Shown: positions 43,521 through 53,308, counted from the stretch's first letter. The stretch: DNA of 64,000 nucleotides from Pseudomonadota bacterium (GCA_025352885.1 JANXRZ010000223.1:33291-97290); one strand, 5' to 3'. Notes: generated by a model from the sequence alone, not told the origin. Program-made: numbers and translations.

Positions 43521-44525
43521 TTGAGCACCGCAGTCGCACCCAATCCAACGTTGCTGTTGTCGCGGTCCCAGGTGGAACGCCTGCTGACGCCCGACCGCTG
43601 CATCGCCGCCGTGGAAGACGCATTCCGTCGGCATGCGCTTGGCGAAGCGCCCGCCCCCGGCATCCTGGGCATGCATCAGGGTGAAGGAAGTTTTCACGTC
43701 AAGGCGGCTTTCCTCGACGCCGACCGTCCTTACTTCGCCGCGAAGATCAACGCGAACTTTCCGCAGAACGGAGTCCGCCACGGGCTTCCCACGATCCAAG
43801 GCGCGCTTGTGCTCTTCGACGCGGAAACCGGCGTGCCGCTTGCCATCATGGACTCGATGGCCATCACCGCGCTGCGAACGGCCGCCGCGACCGCAGTCGC
43901 CGCAAAGTGGCTTGCGAGAGAAAACGCCGCAACGGCCTTGATCTGCGGGTGCGGAGGCCAGGCCGCCGCGCAGTTGCGTGCGCTGCTCGGGGTCCGCAAC
44001 CTGACGCAAATCAGCGTGTACGACCAGGACGCGCAGAAGGCGGTGAAGTTTGCCAGCGCACTTTCCAGCGAAACGGGGCGTTCAGTTACACCGATCGCCG
44101 AACTATGCGCAGCGGTTGAGAACAGCGACATCGTTGTCACCTGCACCACCTCGGACAAGTACTTCATAGAGAGGCGGATGGTTCGCCCTGGCACTTTCGT
44201 CGCCGGAGTGGGCGCGGACAACGAAAACAAGCAGGAACTCGATCCGCAGCTTCTTGCGCACAGCAAGCTGGTGACCGACCTTACGGCGCAGTGCTCGAAG
44301 ATCGGCGACCTCCATCACGCCCTCGACGCCGGGGCGATGTCCGCAAGCGACGTTCATGCGGAACTCGGGCAGGTCGTTGCCGGACTCAAGCCCGGCCGCG
44401 AGAGCGCAACCGAAATTACCGTGTTCGATTCAAGCGGCACCGCGCTGCAGGACGCAGCTGCGGCCATCGCCGTGTACCAACGCGCGCTCGCAGCCAGCGG
44501 CGCGACCTTCAAGCTCGATTCCTGA
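43521..44525 (+). CDS. Ornithine cyclodeaminase / mu-crystallin family protein
   Basis: A TTG start with GGAAGGAG 6 nt upstream is preferred to the ATG at 43422. LLSRSQVERLL...AVEDAFR, ITALRTAAATAVAAKWLA and GCGGQAAAQ Rossmann motif. Confidence 0.82.
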   Translation: MSTAVAPNPTLLLSRSQVERLLTPDRCIAAVEDAFRRHALGEAPAPGILGMHQGEGSFHVKAAFLDADRPYFAAKINANFPQNGVRHGLPTIQGALVLFDAETGVPLAIMDSMAITALRTAAATAVAAKWLARENAATALICGCGGQAAAQLRALLGVRNLTQISVYDQDAQKAVKFASALSSETGRSVTPIAELCAAVENSDIVVTCTTSDKYFIERRMVRPGTFVAGVGADNENKQELDPQLLAHSKLVTDLTAQCSKIGDLHHALDAGAMSASDVHAELGQVVAGLKPGRESATEITVFDSSGTALQDAAAAIAVYQRALAASGATFKLDS

Positions 44526-44549
44526 ACCACCCCACGAAATGGAGAACCC

Positions 44550-45503
44550 ATGTCCTACCAACTGAAACAGATCTATTGCCGTCCCTGGACCCTCAACGGC
44601 CTTTCGCTGAAACTGATCGAGAGCCACTACGAGAATAATTACGGCGGGGCGATGCGGCGCCTGAACGCCCTCACCGAGGAGCTGGCCGCAACGGACTTCG
44701 AGAAGGCCCCGGGCCATGTGATCAACGGCCTGAAGCGCGAGGAACTCATTGCGCTCAACTCGACGCTGCTTCATGAGCTGTACTTCGCCTGCCTCGGCGG
44801 CGAAGGCCACATTACGCCCGGCATGAGCGCGGCGCTTGCCCGCGATTTCGGCTCATACCAGAAATGGAAGGCTCAGTTCCGCGGGATGGCCTGCGCGCTC
44901 GGAGGCGGCTCAGGCTGGGTGCTTCTCAGCTATGTGCCGCGCGACGGTCGGCTCATCAACCAATACGCATCCGACCACAGCCAAGGGATCGCAGGCGCGA
45001 TCCCCATCCTCGCGATCGACATGTACGAGCATGCGTATCACATCGACTTCGGCGCGAACGCGCCGGCATACGTCGACACGTTCTTTCGAAACCTCGACTG
45101 GTCCGCAGTCGAAGGCCGGCTGGAAGACGCAACGCAGGTGGCCCCGCCGCGCCCACTCATCCAGAAGGAATTCGGCGACCTGCCGGGTCTCGGCGTGGAG
45201 GAAGTGCGCGAGATGATGCGCGAGGGCAAACCCGTGCAGCTGGTCGACGCGAGGCCACGGCATTTCGTGTCGCGGCAGCAGGACATCGCGGACGGTGCGA
45301 CCTGGCGCGATCCGGAGCGCGTGCAGGAGTGGATGGGGGAACTGTCCAAAACCGATCCGGTGATCGTGTACTGCGCCTATGGATTCCACGTTGGATGCAA
45401 GACCGCCATCACCCTTCGCGATGCGGGGTTCGACGCGAGCTACATGAAAGTCGGCCACTCGGGATGGAGGGCGGCCGGCGCGCCGACCAAGATGTTCAAG
45501 TAA
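44550..45503 (+). CDS. Fe/Mn superoxide dismutase-like domain fused to a C-terminal rhodanese domain
   Basis: 317 aa. SOD ligand-bearing motifs ESHYENNY, LHELYF and DMYEHAYH in residues ~1-195. The rhodanese module (VQLVDARPRH...VIVYCAYGFHVGCK) has its active-site Cys loop in residues ~215-317. Confidence 0.8.
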   Translation: MSYQLKQIYCRPWTLNGLSLKLIESHYENNYGGAMRRLNALTEELAATDFEKAPGHVINGLKREELIALNSTLLHELYFACLGGEGHITPGMSAALARDFGSYQKWKAQFRGMACALGGGSGWVLLSYVPRDGRLINQYASDHSQGIAGAIPILAIDMYEHAYHIDFGANAPAYVDTFFRNLDWSAVEGRLEDATQVAPPRPLIQKEFGDLPGLGVEEVREMMREGKPVQLVDARPRHFVSRQQDIADGATWRDPERVQEWMGELSKTDPVIVYCAYGFHVGCKTAITLRDAGFDASYMKVGHSGWRAAGAPTKMFK

Positions 45504-45516
45504 GAAAGTGCACTGT

Positions 45517-45547
45517 GGGCCGGCCTTGGCAATCGCAAGGCCGGCCC
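45517..45547 (+). terminator. Strong GC hairpin after the SOD::rhodanese gene
   Basis: GGGCCGGCCTTG-gcaatcg-CAAGGCCGGCCC, a 12-bp perfect stem 14 nt after the stop. No U-tract follows. Confidence 0.45.
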
Positions 45548-45627
45548 AGCCGGGTCAAGCTCCAGACACCCGGTCCGAAAGACGATCTCGTCCAAGCGCT
45601 GTTCTTTTTCAAAAGGAAGGTGTGTTC

Positions 45628-46212
45628 ATGGACATGATCTACGGCAGGCGAATGATTGGAAACGTGCTTTTATCGGTGACGCTTTCGGCCATGGCCGGAT
45701 GCGATTCAGGTCGAATGACGGGCATGCACCAGGAAACTGGGGCGCCAACCCAAGCCGAGTCCGCGTTGATGAACTCCCGCATCGACGAGTCCCGTGGCCG
45801 TTTGTGGGTGCTGACCACCGAGGGCGTCGATCTTTATGAATCGCGCCAGCGTCGCAAGCTCGCGCATTTCGACATCCCGAACTGGATCTGGGCACGACAG
45901 CCTTATGCCTGCCCGCCGGACCTCGCGCTGAGCCCTACGGGCGAAGTGCTGATTACGAGCAACGTTGTACCCACGGTGTGGCGGCTCGATCCGTCGATTC
46001 CGGTCATCACCCGGCACGAGCTCGTTCTTATGGATACGCCAGGGCAGGAATTCGGGTTCACTTCGCTCGAGTACTCCAAGGCACAGGAGGCCTTTATCGG
46101 CGTCAGTTCGGTAGGCGGCTCGGTTTGGCGTGTCGACTCGCTCCTGCGGGAAGCGAGCCGGATGCCCGAGGCGCAGGCGCTCTCCAAGGCGTGCGGATCC
46201 AAGGCGGGTTAA
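45628..46212 (+). CDS. Hypothetical lipoprotein
   Basis: Start MDMIYGRRMIGNVLLSVTLSAMAGC (lipobox LSAMAG-C) with AAGGAAGG SD. No recognisable catalytic motif. Confidence 0.6.
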   Translation: MDMIYGRRMIGNVLLSVTLSAMAGCDSGRMTGMHQETGAPTQAESALMNSRIDESRGRLWVLTTEGVDLYESRQRRKLAHFDIPNWIWARQPYACPPDLALSPTGEVLITSNVVPTVWRLDPSIPVITRHELVLMDTPGQEFGFTSLEYSKAQEAFIGVSSVGGSVWRVDSLLREASRMPEAQALSKACGSKAG

Positions 46213-46222
46213 CCTCGGGAAA

Positions 46223-47434
46223 ATGGCTTTGCACACTTCATCGCACGTCAACCGCCTGCTCGTCGCCAAGGGCCTTCGCGCTTTTGGCGACGGCTTCGTG
46301 AGCCTGCTGCTGCCGCTCTACCTGCTGGAGCTTGGCTTCAGCGCCCTCGAGGTGGGCGTGATCGCAACGACGACGCTCTTCGGGTCCGGCCTCCTGACCC
46401 TCATCGTCGGGCTGCATGCCTACCGCTTCCATTACCGGACGCTCCTGCTCGCAGCCACCGTGCTCATGGCGGCCACGGGACTCGGGTTTGCTTCGCTCAC
46501 CGGCTTCTGGCCGCTGCTGCTGGTGGCGCTGATCGGCACGCTCAATCCGTCGAGCGGCGATGTGAGCGTTTTCCTGCCGCTCGAACATGCGGTTCTCTCG
46601 CGCGTGGTCGAAGCGAAGAATCGGACCAGGGTTTTCGCCCGCTACAGCGTCGTCGGGTCGCTCGTTGCGGCTTTCGGGTCGCTGGCCGTCGGCTTTCCGC
46701 AGGCGCTCGCAGGCAAGGCCGGGCTCTCGTCGATCGCGGCGATGCAATGCATGTTCGTCCTGTACGCGGTGCTCGCAGGCGCGTCTGCGCTTGTATACCG
46801 GGGCCTTCCCAAGGCGCTCTCGGGCGACGAGCACAAAGCGCCGGCACCGCTGGGAAAATCGAAGAAGATCGTCTACACGCTCGCCGCGCTCTTCAGCCTG
46901 GATGCGTTCGGCGGCGGCTTCGTCGTGCAGTCCATGGTGGCGCTCTGGCTGTATCAGCGCTTCGACATGTCGCTCGCTGCGGCAGGCGTCGTGTTTTTCT
47001 GGACCGGCCTGCTCTCCGCGCTCTCTTACCTCGCCGCGGTGCGCATCGCCGACCGGTTTGGCCTCGTCAACACGATGGTGTTCACGCACATCCCGGCCAA
47101 CCTGTGCCTGGTCGCGATCCCTTTCGTGCCGAGCCTCGAATGGGCGGTGGCCCTGCTCTTCATCCGCAGCGCGCTTTCGCAGATGGACGTGCCGACGCGC
47201 AGTTCGTACGTAATGGCAATCGTATCGCCCGAAGAGAGGCCGGCGGCCGCGAGCATTACGTCCGTGCCGCGCAGTCTTGCCTCGGCTGCCAGCCCGTTTC
47301 TCGCCGGGTACTTGTTAGGACTCTCGCCTTTCGGCTGGCCGCTGATCGCCGCCGGCGGCCTGAAGATCGTCTACGACCTGCTGCTGCTCGCGATGTTCAG
47401 CAAGATACGGCCGCCCGAAGAGGATTCACGCTAA
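46223..47434 (+). CDS. MFS transporter
   Basis: Start MALHTSSHVNRLLVAKGLRAFGDGF. About 12 hydrophobic segments. The 3' end overlaps the convergent LLM gene by 9 nt. Confidence 0.8.
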   Translation: MALHTSSHVNRLLVAKGLRAFGDGFVSLLLPLYLLELGFSALEVGVIATTTLFGSGLLTLIVGLHAYRFHYRTLLLAATVLMAATGLGFASLTGFWPLLLVALIGTLNPSSGDVSVFLPLEHAVLSRVVEAKNRTRVFARYSVVGSLVAAFGSLAVGFPQALAGKAGLSSIAAMQCMFVLYAVLAGASALVYRGLPKALSGDEHKAPAPLGKSKKIVYTLAALFSLDAFGGGFVVQSMVALWLYQRFDMSLAAAGVVFFWTGLLSALSYLAAVRIADRFGLVNTMVFTHIPANLCLVAIPFVPSLEWAVALLFIRSALSQMDVPTRSSYVMAIVSPEERPAAASITSVPRSLASAASPFLAGYLLGLSPFGWPLIAAGGLKIVYDLLLLAMFSKIRPPEEDSR

Positions 47435-48427
47435 GCCGAAAGCCTGGGCGAGCAGCTCGTACGAGCGATGCCTCGGCGCCGTGTCGAACGTCCAGGTCAC
47501 GACGACCAGTTCGTCGAGCTCGAGGCGCCTCGCGAGCTCGTTCAGCTTGTCCCGGACCTGCGCACCGGTGCCGACGAACGCTTTCGATCGGAGGCGTTCG
47601 ACGACCGAGCGGTCCGCATCGGTATACGGATACGCCGCGGCTTCCTCTGGCGAAACCAGCGGCGTGCGCAGCCCTTTCTCGAAGCCGATGCGCCAGTGCT
47701 CGCGCGTCTGCAAGAGCCTGCGAGCCTCTTCTTCGGTGTCCGCCGCCAGCGCCCACACGCAGATCGTGGCTTGCGGCTTCGGATGGTCGATGCTCGGCCG
47801 ATAATTTTTCCGGTACAGGTCCAGCGCCTGTTCCACCCCGCGCCCATCCGTAAAGAAGTAGGCGAAGGCATACGGCAGGCCGAAATGCGCCGCGAGCTGC
47901 GCGCCATAGTCGGAGCTGCCGAGGATCCAGAGTTCCGGCCGAGTCGGCCCGAGCGGATGCGCCTTGATCGCGCGAAACGGGTGGCCCTCCTGCAGCGGCA
48001 CGCCCCGCAGCCACGCCTGCAGGTCGATCACCTGCTGCGGAAATTCGTCCGCCGCGTTCGCATAAGGATTCAGCGCCATCGCAGTGAGCCGGTCCGAGCC
48101 CGGTGCGCGCCCGACGCCAAGGTCGATCCGCCCCGGGGCAATGCCCTCGAGTACGCGGAACTGCTCGGCCACTTTCAGCGCGGAGTAGTGCGGCAGCATC
48201 ACCCCCGCGCTGCCAACGCGGATGCGCTCGGTCGTTGCCCCGATTGCGGCGATGAGGATCTCGGGCGCCGTGCCGACGATGCTGTCGCTGTTGTGGTGCT
48301 CGGACACCCAATAGCGGTGGTAGCCGAGGCGGTCGCAGTGCTGCGCGAGCTCAATGCTCTCGCGGATGGCCGCGCTTTGCGGGCGGTTGTTCGAGCTGGT
48401 GGATTGGTCGAGGACAGAAAGTTTCAT
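47426..48427 (-). CDS. LLM-class (luciferase-like) flavin-dependent oxidoreductase
   Basis: Start MKLSVLDQS. GYHRYWVSEHHN, MLPHYSALKVAEQF and GRIDLGVGRAPG are typical of the YhbW-like LLM group. Confidence 0.85.
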   Translation of the reverse strand: MKLSVLDQSTSSNNRPQSAAIRESIELAQHCDRLGYHRYWVSEHHNSDSIVGTAPEILIAAIGATTERIRVGSAGVMLPHYSALKVAEQFRVLEGIAPGRIDLGVGRAPGSDRLTAMALNPYANAADEFPQQVIDLQAWLRGVPLQEGHPFRAIKAHPLGPTRPELWILGSSDYGAQLAAHFGLPYAFAYFFTDGRGVEQALDLYRKNYRPSIDHPKPQATICVWALAADTEEEARRLLQTREHWRIGFEKGLRTPLVSPEEAAAYPYTDADRSVVERLRSKAFVGTGAQVRDKLNELARRLELDELVVVTWTFDTAPRHRSYELLAQAFGLA

Positions 48428-48467
48428 AAGGGGGTAAGTGTAAACTGCCCGCACACAGGAGAACCGC

Positions 48468-50495
48468 ATGGCCACAGTGAAGCGAAGCGTCTGTCCTCTC
48501 GACTGCCCGGACACGTGCAGCCTTTCGGTCACCGTCGAAAACGACCAGGTGACCGCCGTGCGGGGGTCGGATGCCAATCCCCTCACCCATGGCGCCGTCT
48601 GCGCGAAGGTCACCAACTACTATCCGGAATTCGTGCACGGGGCCAACCGGCTGCGCCACCCATTGAAGCGCATCGGCGCCAAGGGCGAGGGCAAATTCGC
48701 GCGCATTTCCTGGGACGAGGCGCTCGGCCTCATCCATGACCGCGTACGCGGCGTGATTGCAAAGCATGGCCCGCAAGCCGTGCTGCCGCTGAACTACGCG
48801 GGCCCCCACGGCATGCTCGCGGGCGATTCGATGTCGCTGCGCTTCTTTCACCGCTTAGGCGCTTCCCTGCTCAGCCGCCGCCCATTGTGCGGCGGGGTTC
48901 GCGGCGAAGCCTACGCGGGCACGTTTGGCGCCACGCCCGGCACGCCGCTCCAGCAGGTGAGCCTCTCCAAGCTCATCATCGTGTGGGGCAACAATGCGAC
49001 GGCCTGCAACCTGCACCTGATGCGCCATATCAATGTGGCGAAGCGTGCGGGCGCCAAGCTCGTCGTCATCGATCCGAAGCGGGTCAAGGTCGCCGAGCAG
49101 GCACACCTGCACCTGGCGGTTCTGCCGGGAACCGATGTGGTGCTTGCGTGGGCTCTCGCAGTTGAACTCGAGCGCCTCGGCGCCATCGACCAGGCGTTCG
49201 TCCAGCAACATGTGCTGGGGTTCGAAAGCTTCATGAAGAGCGCGCGTGAATACCCGCCGGAAGTCGCCGCCGGGATCTGCGGCGTGACGGCCGAAGAGAT
49301 CCGCACGCTCGCCCGCTGGTATCACGAGGCCTCCCCTGCGGTCATAGCGTGGGGCAACGGCCTGGAGCGCAACCAGAACGGCGGCTCGGGGTTGCGCGCC
49401 ATCGCAGCACTGCCCGCGCTCGCCGGAAAATTCGGCGTCTCGGGCGGCGGCCTGGTTGGCGGCGCCGGCAATGCCTTCCCCAAGACGGGTGACGCCCTCG
49501 CCCGGCCGGACCTCGTACCGCCTGGCACGCGCACGCTCAACATCATCGACGTGGCCGGCGCGATCCTCGATGACAAGCTCGACCCGCCGCTCAAGGCGCT
49601 TTTCATCTACAACCACAACCCGGTGATCGTGCACCCGGACCAGAACCGCATGAAGCGGGCGCTCGCGCGCGAAGACGTGTTCGTCGTGGGGATCGAGGTC
49701 GCGATGACGGACAGCATGGCTTATGCCGATGTCGTCCTTCCGGCCTGCACGCACTTCGAGCACGCGGACGTCTACGCCGCCTACGGGCAGCAGTACCTGC
49801 AGCGGGCGGACGCCGTCATTCCTCCGGTCGGCGAGAGCCTGCCGAACACGGAGATCTTCCGCAGGCTGGCCTTGCGCTTCGGGTACGACGATGCCGCCTT
49901 CAAGGCCGATGACCCCGCTCTCATGGATGCCGCGCTCGACCGGGCCGATCCACGCATGAAAGGACTGCGCCCGAGCGAGCTCCCGACCGATTCGGCGCTG
50001 CGCATGGAATACGGTGGCGAGGAACCGGTGCTCTTCGGCAACGTGCTGCCGCGCACGCCGAGCGGCAAGATAGAGCTCGAGTCTGCGGTGCTGGGGGCGC
50101 GCTACGGCTCGCCGCTGCCGACTTTCCGGCCGGTGACCTCCGCGTTTGCACTCACGCTGATCACGCCTGCGTCGGATAAGCGCACGACTTCGACCTTCGG
50201 CGGGCTTGCGGCGAACGACGCGACGCCGGCGCTCGAGATGCATCCGGACGACGCCAAGGCGCGCGGCCTGCTTCAGGGTGCCTGGGTAAAAGTGTGGAAC
50301 GACCTGGGCGAAGTCCACCTGCCGCTCGAGATCACGGATGCGATCCGTCGCGGAGTGGTCTGCTCGGAGAAGGGCGCTTGGTTCAAGACCAGCCGCAACG
50401 GCCAGACGGTGTCGGCGCTCGCCCCGACTCACAAGGCGGACTTGTCCGAGGGCGCCTGCTACAACGATGCGCGGGTCGAAGTGGCTGCGCTCTAG
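48468..50495 (+). CDS. Molybdopterin (bis-MGD) oxidoreductase, cytoplasmic, DMSO-reductase superfamily
   Basis: 675 aa. N-terminal FeS Cys cluster CPLDCPDTCSL. No Tat signal. Confidence 0.8.
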   Translation: MATVKRSVCPLDCPDTCSLSVTVENDQVTAVRGSDANPLTHGAVCAKVTNYYPEFVHGANRLRHPLKRIGAKGEGKFARISWDEALGLIHDRVRGVIAKHGPQAVLPLNYAGPHGMLAGDSMSLRFFHRLGASLLSRRPLCGGVRGEAYAGTFGATPGTPLQQVSLSKLIIVWGNNATACNLHLMRHINVAKRAGAKLVVIDPKRVKVAEQAHLHLAVLPGTDVVLAWALAVELERLGAIDQAFVQQHVLGFESFMKSAREYPPEVAAGICGVTAEEIRTLARWYHEASPAVIAWGNGLERNQNGGSGLRAIAALPALAGKFGVSGGGLVGGAGNAFPKTGDALARPDLVPPGTRTLNIIDVAGAILDDKLDPPLKALFIYNHNPVIVHPDQNRMKRALAREDVFVVGIEVAMTDSMAYADVVLPACTHFEHADVYAAYGQQYLQRADAVIPPVGESLPNTEIFRRLALRFGYDDAAFKADDPALMDAALDRADPRMKGLRPSELPTDSALRMEYGGEEPVLFGNVLPRTPSGKIELESAVLGARYGSPLPTFRPVTSAFALTLITPASDKRTTSTFGGLAANDATPALEMHPDDAKARGLLQGAWVKVWNDLGEVHLPLEITDAIRRGVVCSEKGAWFKTSRNGQTVSALAPTHKADLSEGACYNDARVEVAAL

Positions 50496-50504
50496 CCGCC
50501 CCTC

Positions 50505-50527
50505 GTTATACGAGTTTTGTTATACGA
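50505..50527. repeat. Direct repeat GTTATACGA x2 with 14-nt period
   Basis: Copies at 50505-50513 and 50519-50527, in the 84-nt AT-richer gap between the convergent Mo-oxidoreductase and thrC genes. Confidence 0.9.
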
Positions 50528-50579
50528 ACTCCCCGGAGCGCCGCTCGCTGATTGGCTCTACGGAAATGAATTCCATAGA

Positions 50580-51986
50580 TTAGGTGCGCACTGCGATGTA
50601 GGCCTTGACCTTGGCTGCATCCGCATCGATCACCTCGAAGCGCTGGGGAAGCGACTCAATGTTCTCGTAACCGGCCGGCCGGTCGGGCTCCCGCCCGAGC
50701 GCTTCCTGGATCGTCTCGGAGAACTTGGCCGGCTGCGCGGTCTCGAGGCAGATGAGCGGCACGCCCTCCTCCCGGTACTGCAGGCCGACCTTGATGCCAT
50801 CGGCCGTGTGCGTGTCGACGATGACGCCGTAGTCCTCGTGCAGGCCACGGATCGTGGAGATGCGGTCGGCATGCGTGCTCGAGCCCGAGCTGAAGCCGGT
50901 GGCCGCGATCATGTCGCGGAATTTGTCGCCCGAAAGGTCGAACGAGCCGTCCGAACCCAGCTGCGCCCATAGCGCATTCAATCGGGTGCTGTTACCGCCG
51001 AGGATGTCGCTCACGTACCGCTCGAAATTCGACGCCTTGGAGATGTCCATCGACGGGCTGGAGGTCGCATGCACCTCGCTGCTCTTCCTCACGCGATAGC
51101 GCCCCGTGCGCATGAACTCGTCGAGCACGTTGTTCTCGTTCGTGGCGAGGATCAGCCGCTTGATCGGCAGGCCCATGCTGCGCGCAATGTGGCCCGCGTA
51201 GATGTTGCCGAAGTTACCCGACGGCACCGAAAACGTGACGACCTCGTCATTGGTCTTCGTCGCGGCAAAGTAACCCTTGAAGTAATACACGACCTGTGCG
51301 GCGACGCGCGCCCAGTTGATCGAGTTCACCGTGCCGATGCGGTGCTTCGTCTTGAAGGCGGCATCGTTCGAGACGGCCTTGACCATGTCCTGGCAGTCGT
51401 CGAACACGCCTTTGACGGCGAGGTTGAAGATGTTGGCGTCGTGCAAGGAAAACATCTGCGCGGTCTGGAAGGGACTCATGCGCTGGTGCGGCGAGAGCAT
51501 GAAAACGCGGATGCCTTTCTTGCCGCGCATCGCGTACTCGGCTGCGGACCCGGTGTCCCCGGAGGTCGCGCCAAGGATGTTGAGCTCCCTGCCCTCCTTC
51601 GCCAGCACGTACTCGAACAGATTGCCCAGCAGCTGCATCGCCAGGTCCTTGAACGCGAGCGTCGGGCCGTTGGACAGGCCGAGGATGTGCAGCCCCGGCT
51701 CGAGCGTGCGCAGCGGCGTGATGTCTTCGCTGCGGAAGATGTCCTTGGTATACGTGCGGTTGACCATGGCTTCCAGGTCGGCCGCAGGAATGTCGCCCGC
51801 GAACTTTGACAGGAGCGCGAACGCCAGCTGCGGATAGCTCATCGCCCGCATGGCCTTCAGTTCCGGCAGCAGGATGACCGGATACCGCTCGGGAACGAAC
51901 AGGCCGCCGTCCGGCGCGAGCCCTTCGAGCAGGATCGAAGTGAAGCTGCGCGGGTTTCCGCCCCCGCGGGTGCTGACGTAGCGCAT
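50580..51986 (-). CDS. thrC: Threonine synthase
   Basis: 468 aa. [35 protein letters not shown]-lysine region PTLAFKDLAMQ. Confidence 0.95.
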   Translation of the reverse strand: MRYVSTRGGGNPRSFTSILLEGLAPDGGLFVPERYPVILLPELKAMRAMSYPQLAFALLSKFAGDIPAADLEAMVNRTYTKDIFRSEDITPLRTLEPGLHILGLSNGPTLAFKDLAMQLLGNLFEYVLAKEGRELNILGATSGDTGSAAEYAMRGKKGIRVFMLSPHQRMSPFQTAQMFSLHDANIFNLAVKGVFDDCQDMVKAVSNDAAFKTKHRIGTVNSINWARVAAQVVYYFKGYFAATKTNDEVVTFSVPSGNFGNIYAGHIARSMGLPIKRLILATNENNVLDEFMRTGRYRVRKSSEVHATSSPSMDISKASNFERYVSDILGGNSTRLNALWAQLGSDGSFDLSGDKFRDMIAATGFSSGSSTHADRISTIRGLHEDYGVIVDTHTADGIKVGLQYREEGVPLICLETAQPAKFSETIQEALGREPDRPAGYENIESLPQRFEVIDADAAKVKAYIAVRT

Positions 51987-53308
51987 TACAGGAGCTCTTC
52001 TAGGCGGATGCGCGTGACCTTGCCGACCACCGTGCCGAGCTGCTCGATTTTCTGGATCGCGCCGTCGACGTTCTTTTCGATTGCACGATGCGTGAGGAGG
52101 ACGATGTCGACGCGGCTCTCGCCTTCGGCGGGCTCCTTCTGGACCATCGCTTCGATCGAGATCGAAGCGTCCGCAAGGATGCGCGTGAGGTCCGCCAGCA
52201 CGCCGGGCTTGTCGACGACGCGCATGCGCAGGTAATAGGACGTTTCGACTTCGCCCATCGGCAGGATCGGGATGTCGGACAGCTGGTCCGGCTGGAAGGC
52301 GAGGTGCGGCACGCGGTGCTCCGGGTCCGCGGTGATCAGGCGAGTCACGTCGACGAGATCGGCAACGACGGCACTGGCGGTCGGCATGCTGCCTGCACCT
52401 GCGCCGTAATAGAGCGTCGGCCCGACGGCATCGCCTTTGACGAGGATCCCGTTCATCACGCCTTCCACGTTCGCAATCAGTCTCTTTGTGGGGACGAGGG
52501 TCGGGTGCACGCGCAGCTCGATGCCGGCCTTGACGCGCTTAGTGATGCCGAGGAGCTTGATCCGGTAGCCGAGCTGTTCGGCGTAGCGGATGTCATCCGC
52601 TGTCAGCTTAGAGATGCCCTCGGTGTAAGCCTTGGAGAATTGCATCGGAATTCCGAACGCGATGGCCGACATGATCGTGAGCTTGTGCGCGGCATCGACG
52701 CCCTCGATGTCGAAGGTCGGGTCGGCTTCCGCATAGCCTCGCTTCTGCGCTTCGGCCAAGACTTTGGCGAAGGGCAGGCCCTTGTCCCGCATCTCGGAGA
52801 GGATGAAGTTGGACGTGCCGTTGATGATCCCTGCGATCCACTCGATGCGGTTGGCCGCCAGGCCTTCCCTCAGCGCCTTGATGATCGGCACGCCGCCCGC
52901 GACCGCCGCCTCGAAAGCCACCATCACGCCCCTCTTCTGCGCCTCGGCGAAGATCTCGTTGCCATGCGTGGCGAGCAGCGCCTTGTTCGCGGTGACGACG
53001 TGCTTGCCGTTGCGGATGGCCTCGAGCACGAGCTCCTTGGCCACCGTATACCCGCCGATCAGCTCGATCACGATGTCCACATCCTTCGAGCGCACAACTT
53101 CGAAGGCGTCGCCGATGACCTTGGCCTTGTCCTTTACGATGCCGCGCGCATGGTCCGCAGCCTTGTCGGCAACGACCGTGATCTCGATTGCGCGCCCGGC
53201 GCGGCGCTTGATCTCGTCGGCATTGCGGCCGAGCACTTCCCATACCCCGCCGCCGACCGTCCCGATGCCAAGCAAACCGACGCGGATAGGTTTCAGTGCA
53301 GCTTTCAT
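51986..53308 (-). CDS. hom: Homoserine dehydrogenase
   Basis: Start [22 protein letters not shown] (ATGA overlap with the aminotransferase stop). C-terminal ACT domain. TAATG overlap with thrC. Confidence 0.93.
   Translation of the reverse strand: MKAALKPIRVGLLGIGTVGGGVWEVLGRNADEIKRRAGRAIEITVVADKAADHARGIVKDKAKVIGDAFEVVRSKDVDIVIELIGGYTVAKELVLEAIRNGKHVVTANKALLATHGNEIFAEAQKRGVMVAFEAAVAGGVPIIKALREGLAANRIEWIAGIINGTSNFILSEMRDKGLPFAKVLAEAQKRGYAEADPTFDIEGVDAAHKLTIMSAIAFGIPMQFSKAYTEGISKLTADDIRYAEQLGYRIKLLGITKRVKAGIELRVHPTLVPTKRLIANVEGVMNGILVKGDAVGPTLYYGAGAGSMPTASAVVADLVDVTRLITADPEHRVPHLAFQPDQLSDIPILPMGEVETSYYLRMRVVDKPGVLADLTRILADASISIEAMVQKEPAEGESRVDIVLLTHRAIEKNVDGAIQKIEQLGTVVGKVTRIRLEELL

Noticed and set aside
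50565-50574. 10-mer AATGAATTCC shared between 50565-50574 and 56327-56336, and 9-mer TTCCGTCCT shared between about 38475 and about 41632
   Set aside because: Single exact repeats of 9-10 nt are expected by chance many times in 128 kb of two-strand sequence. There is no extended similarity around them.
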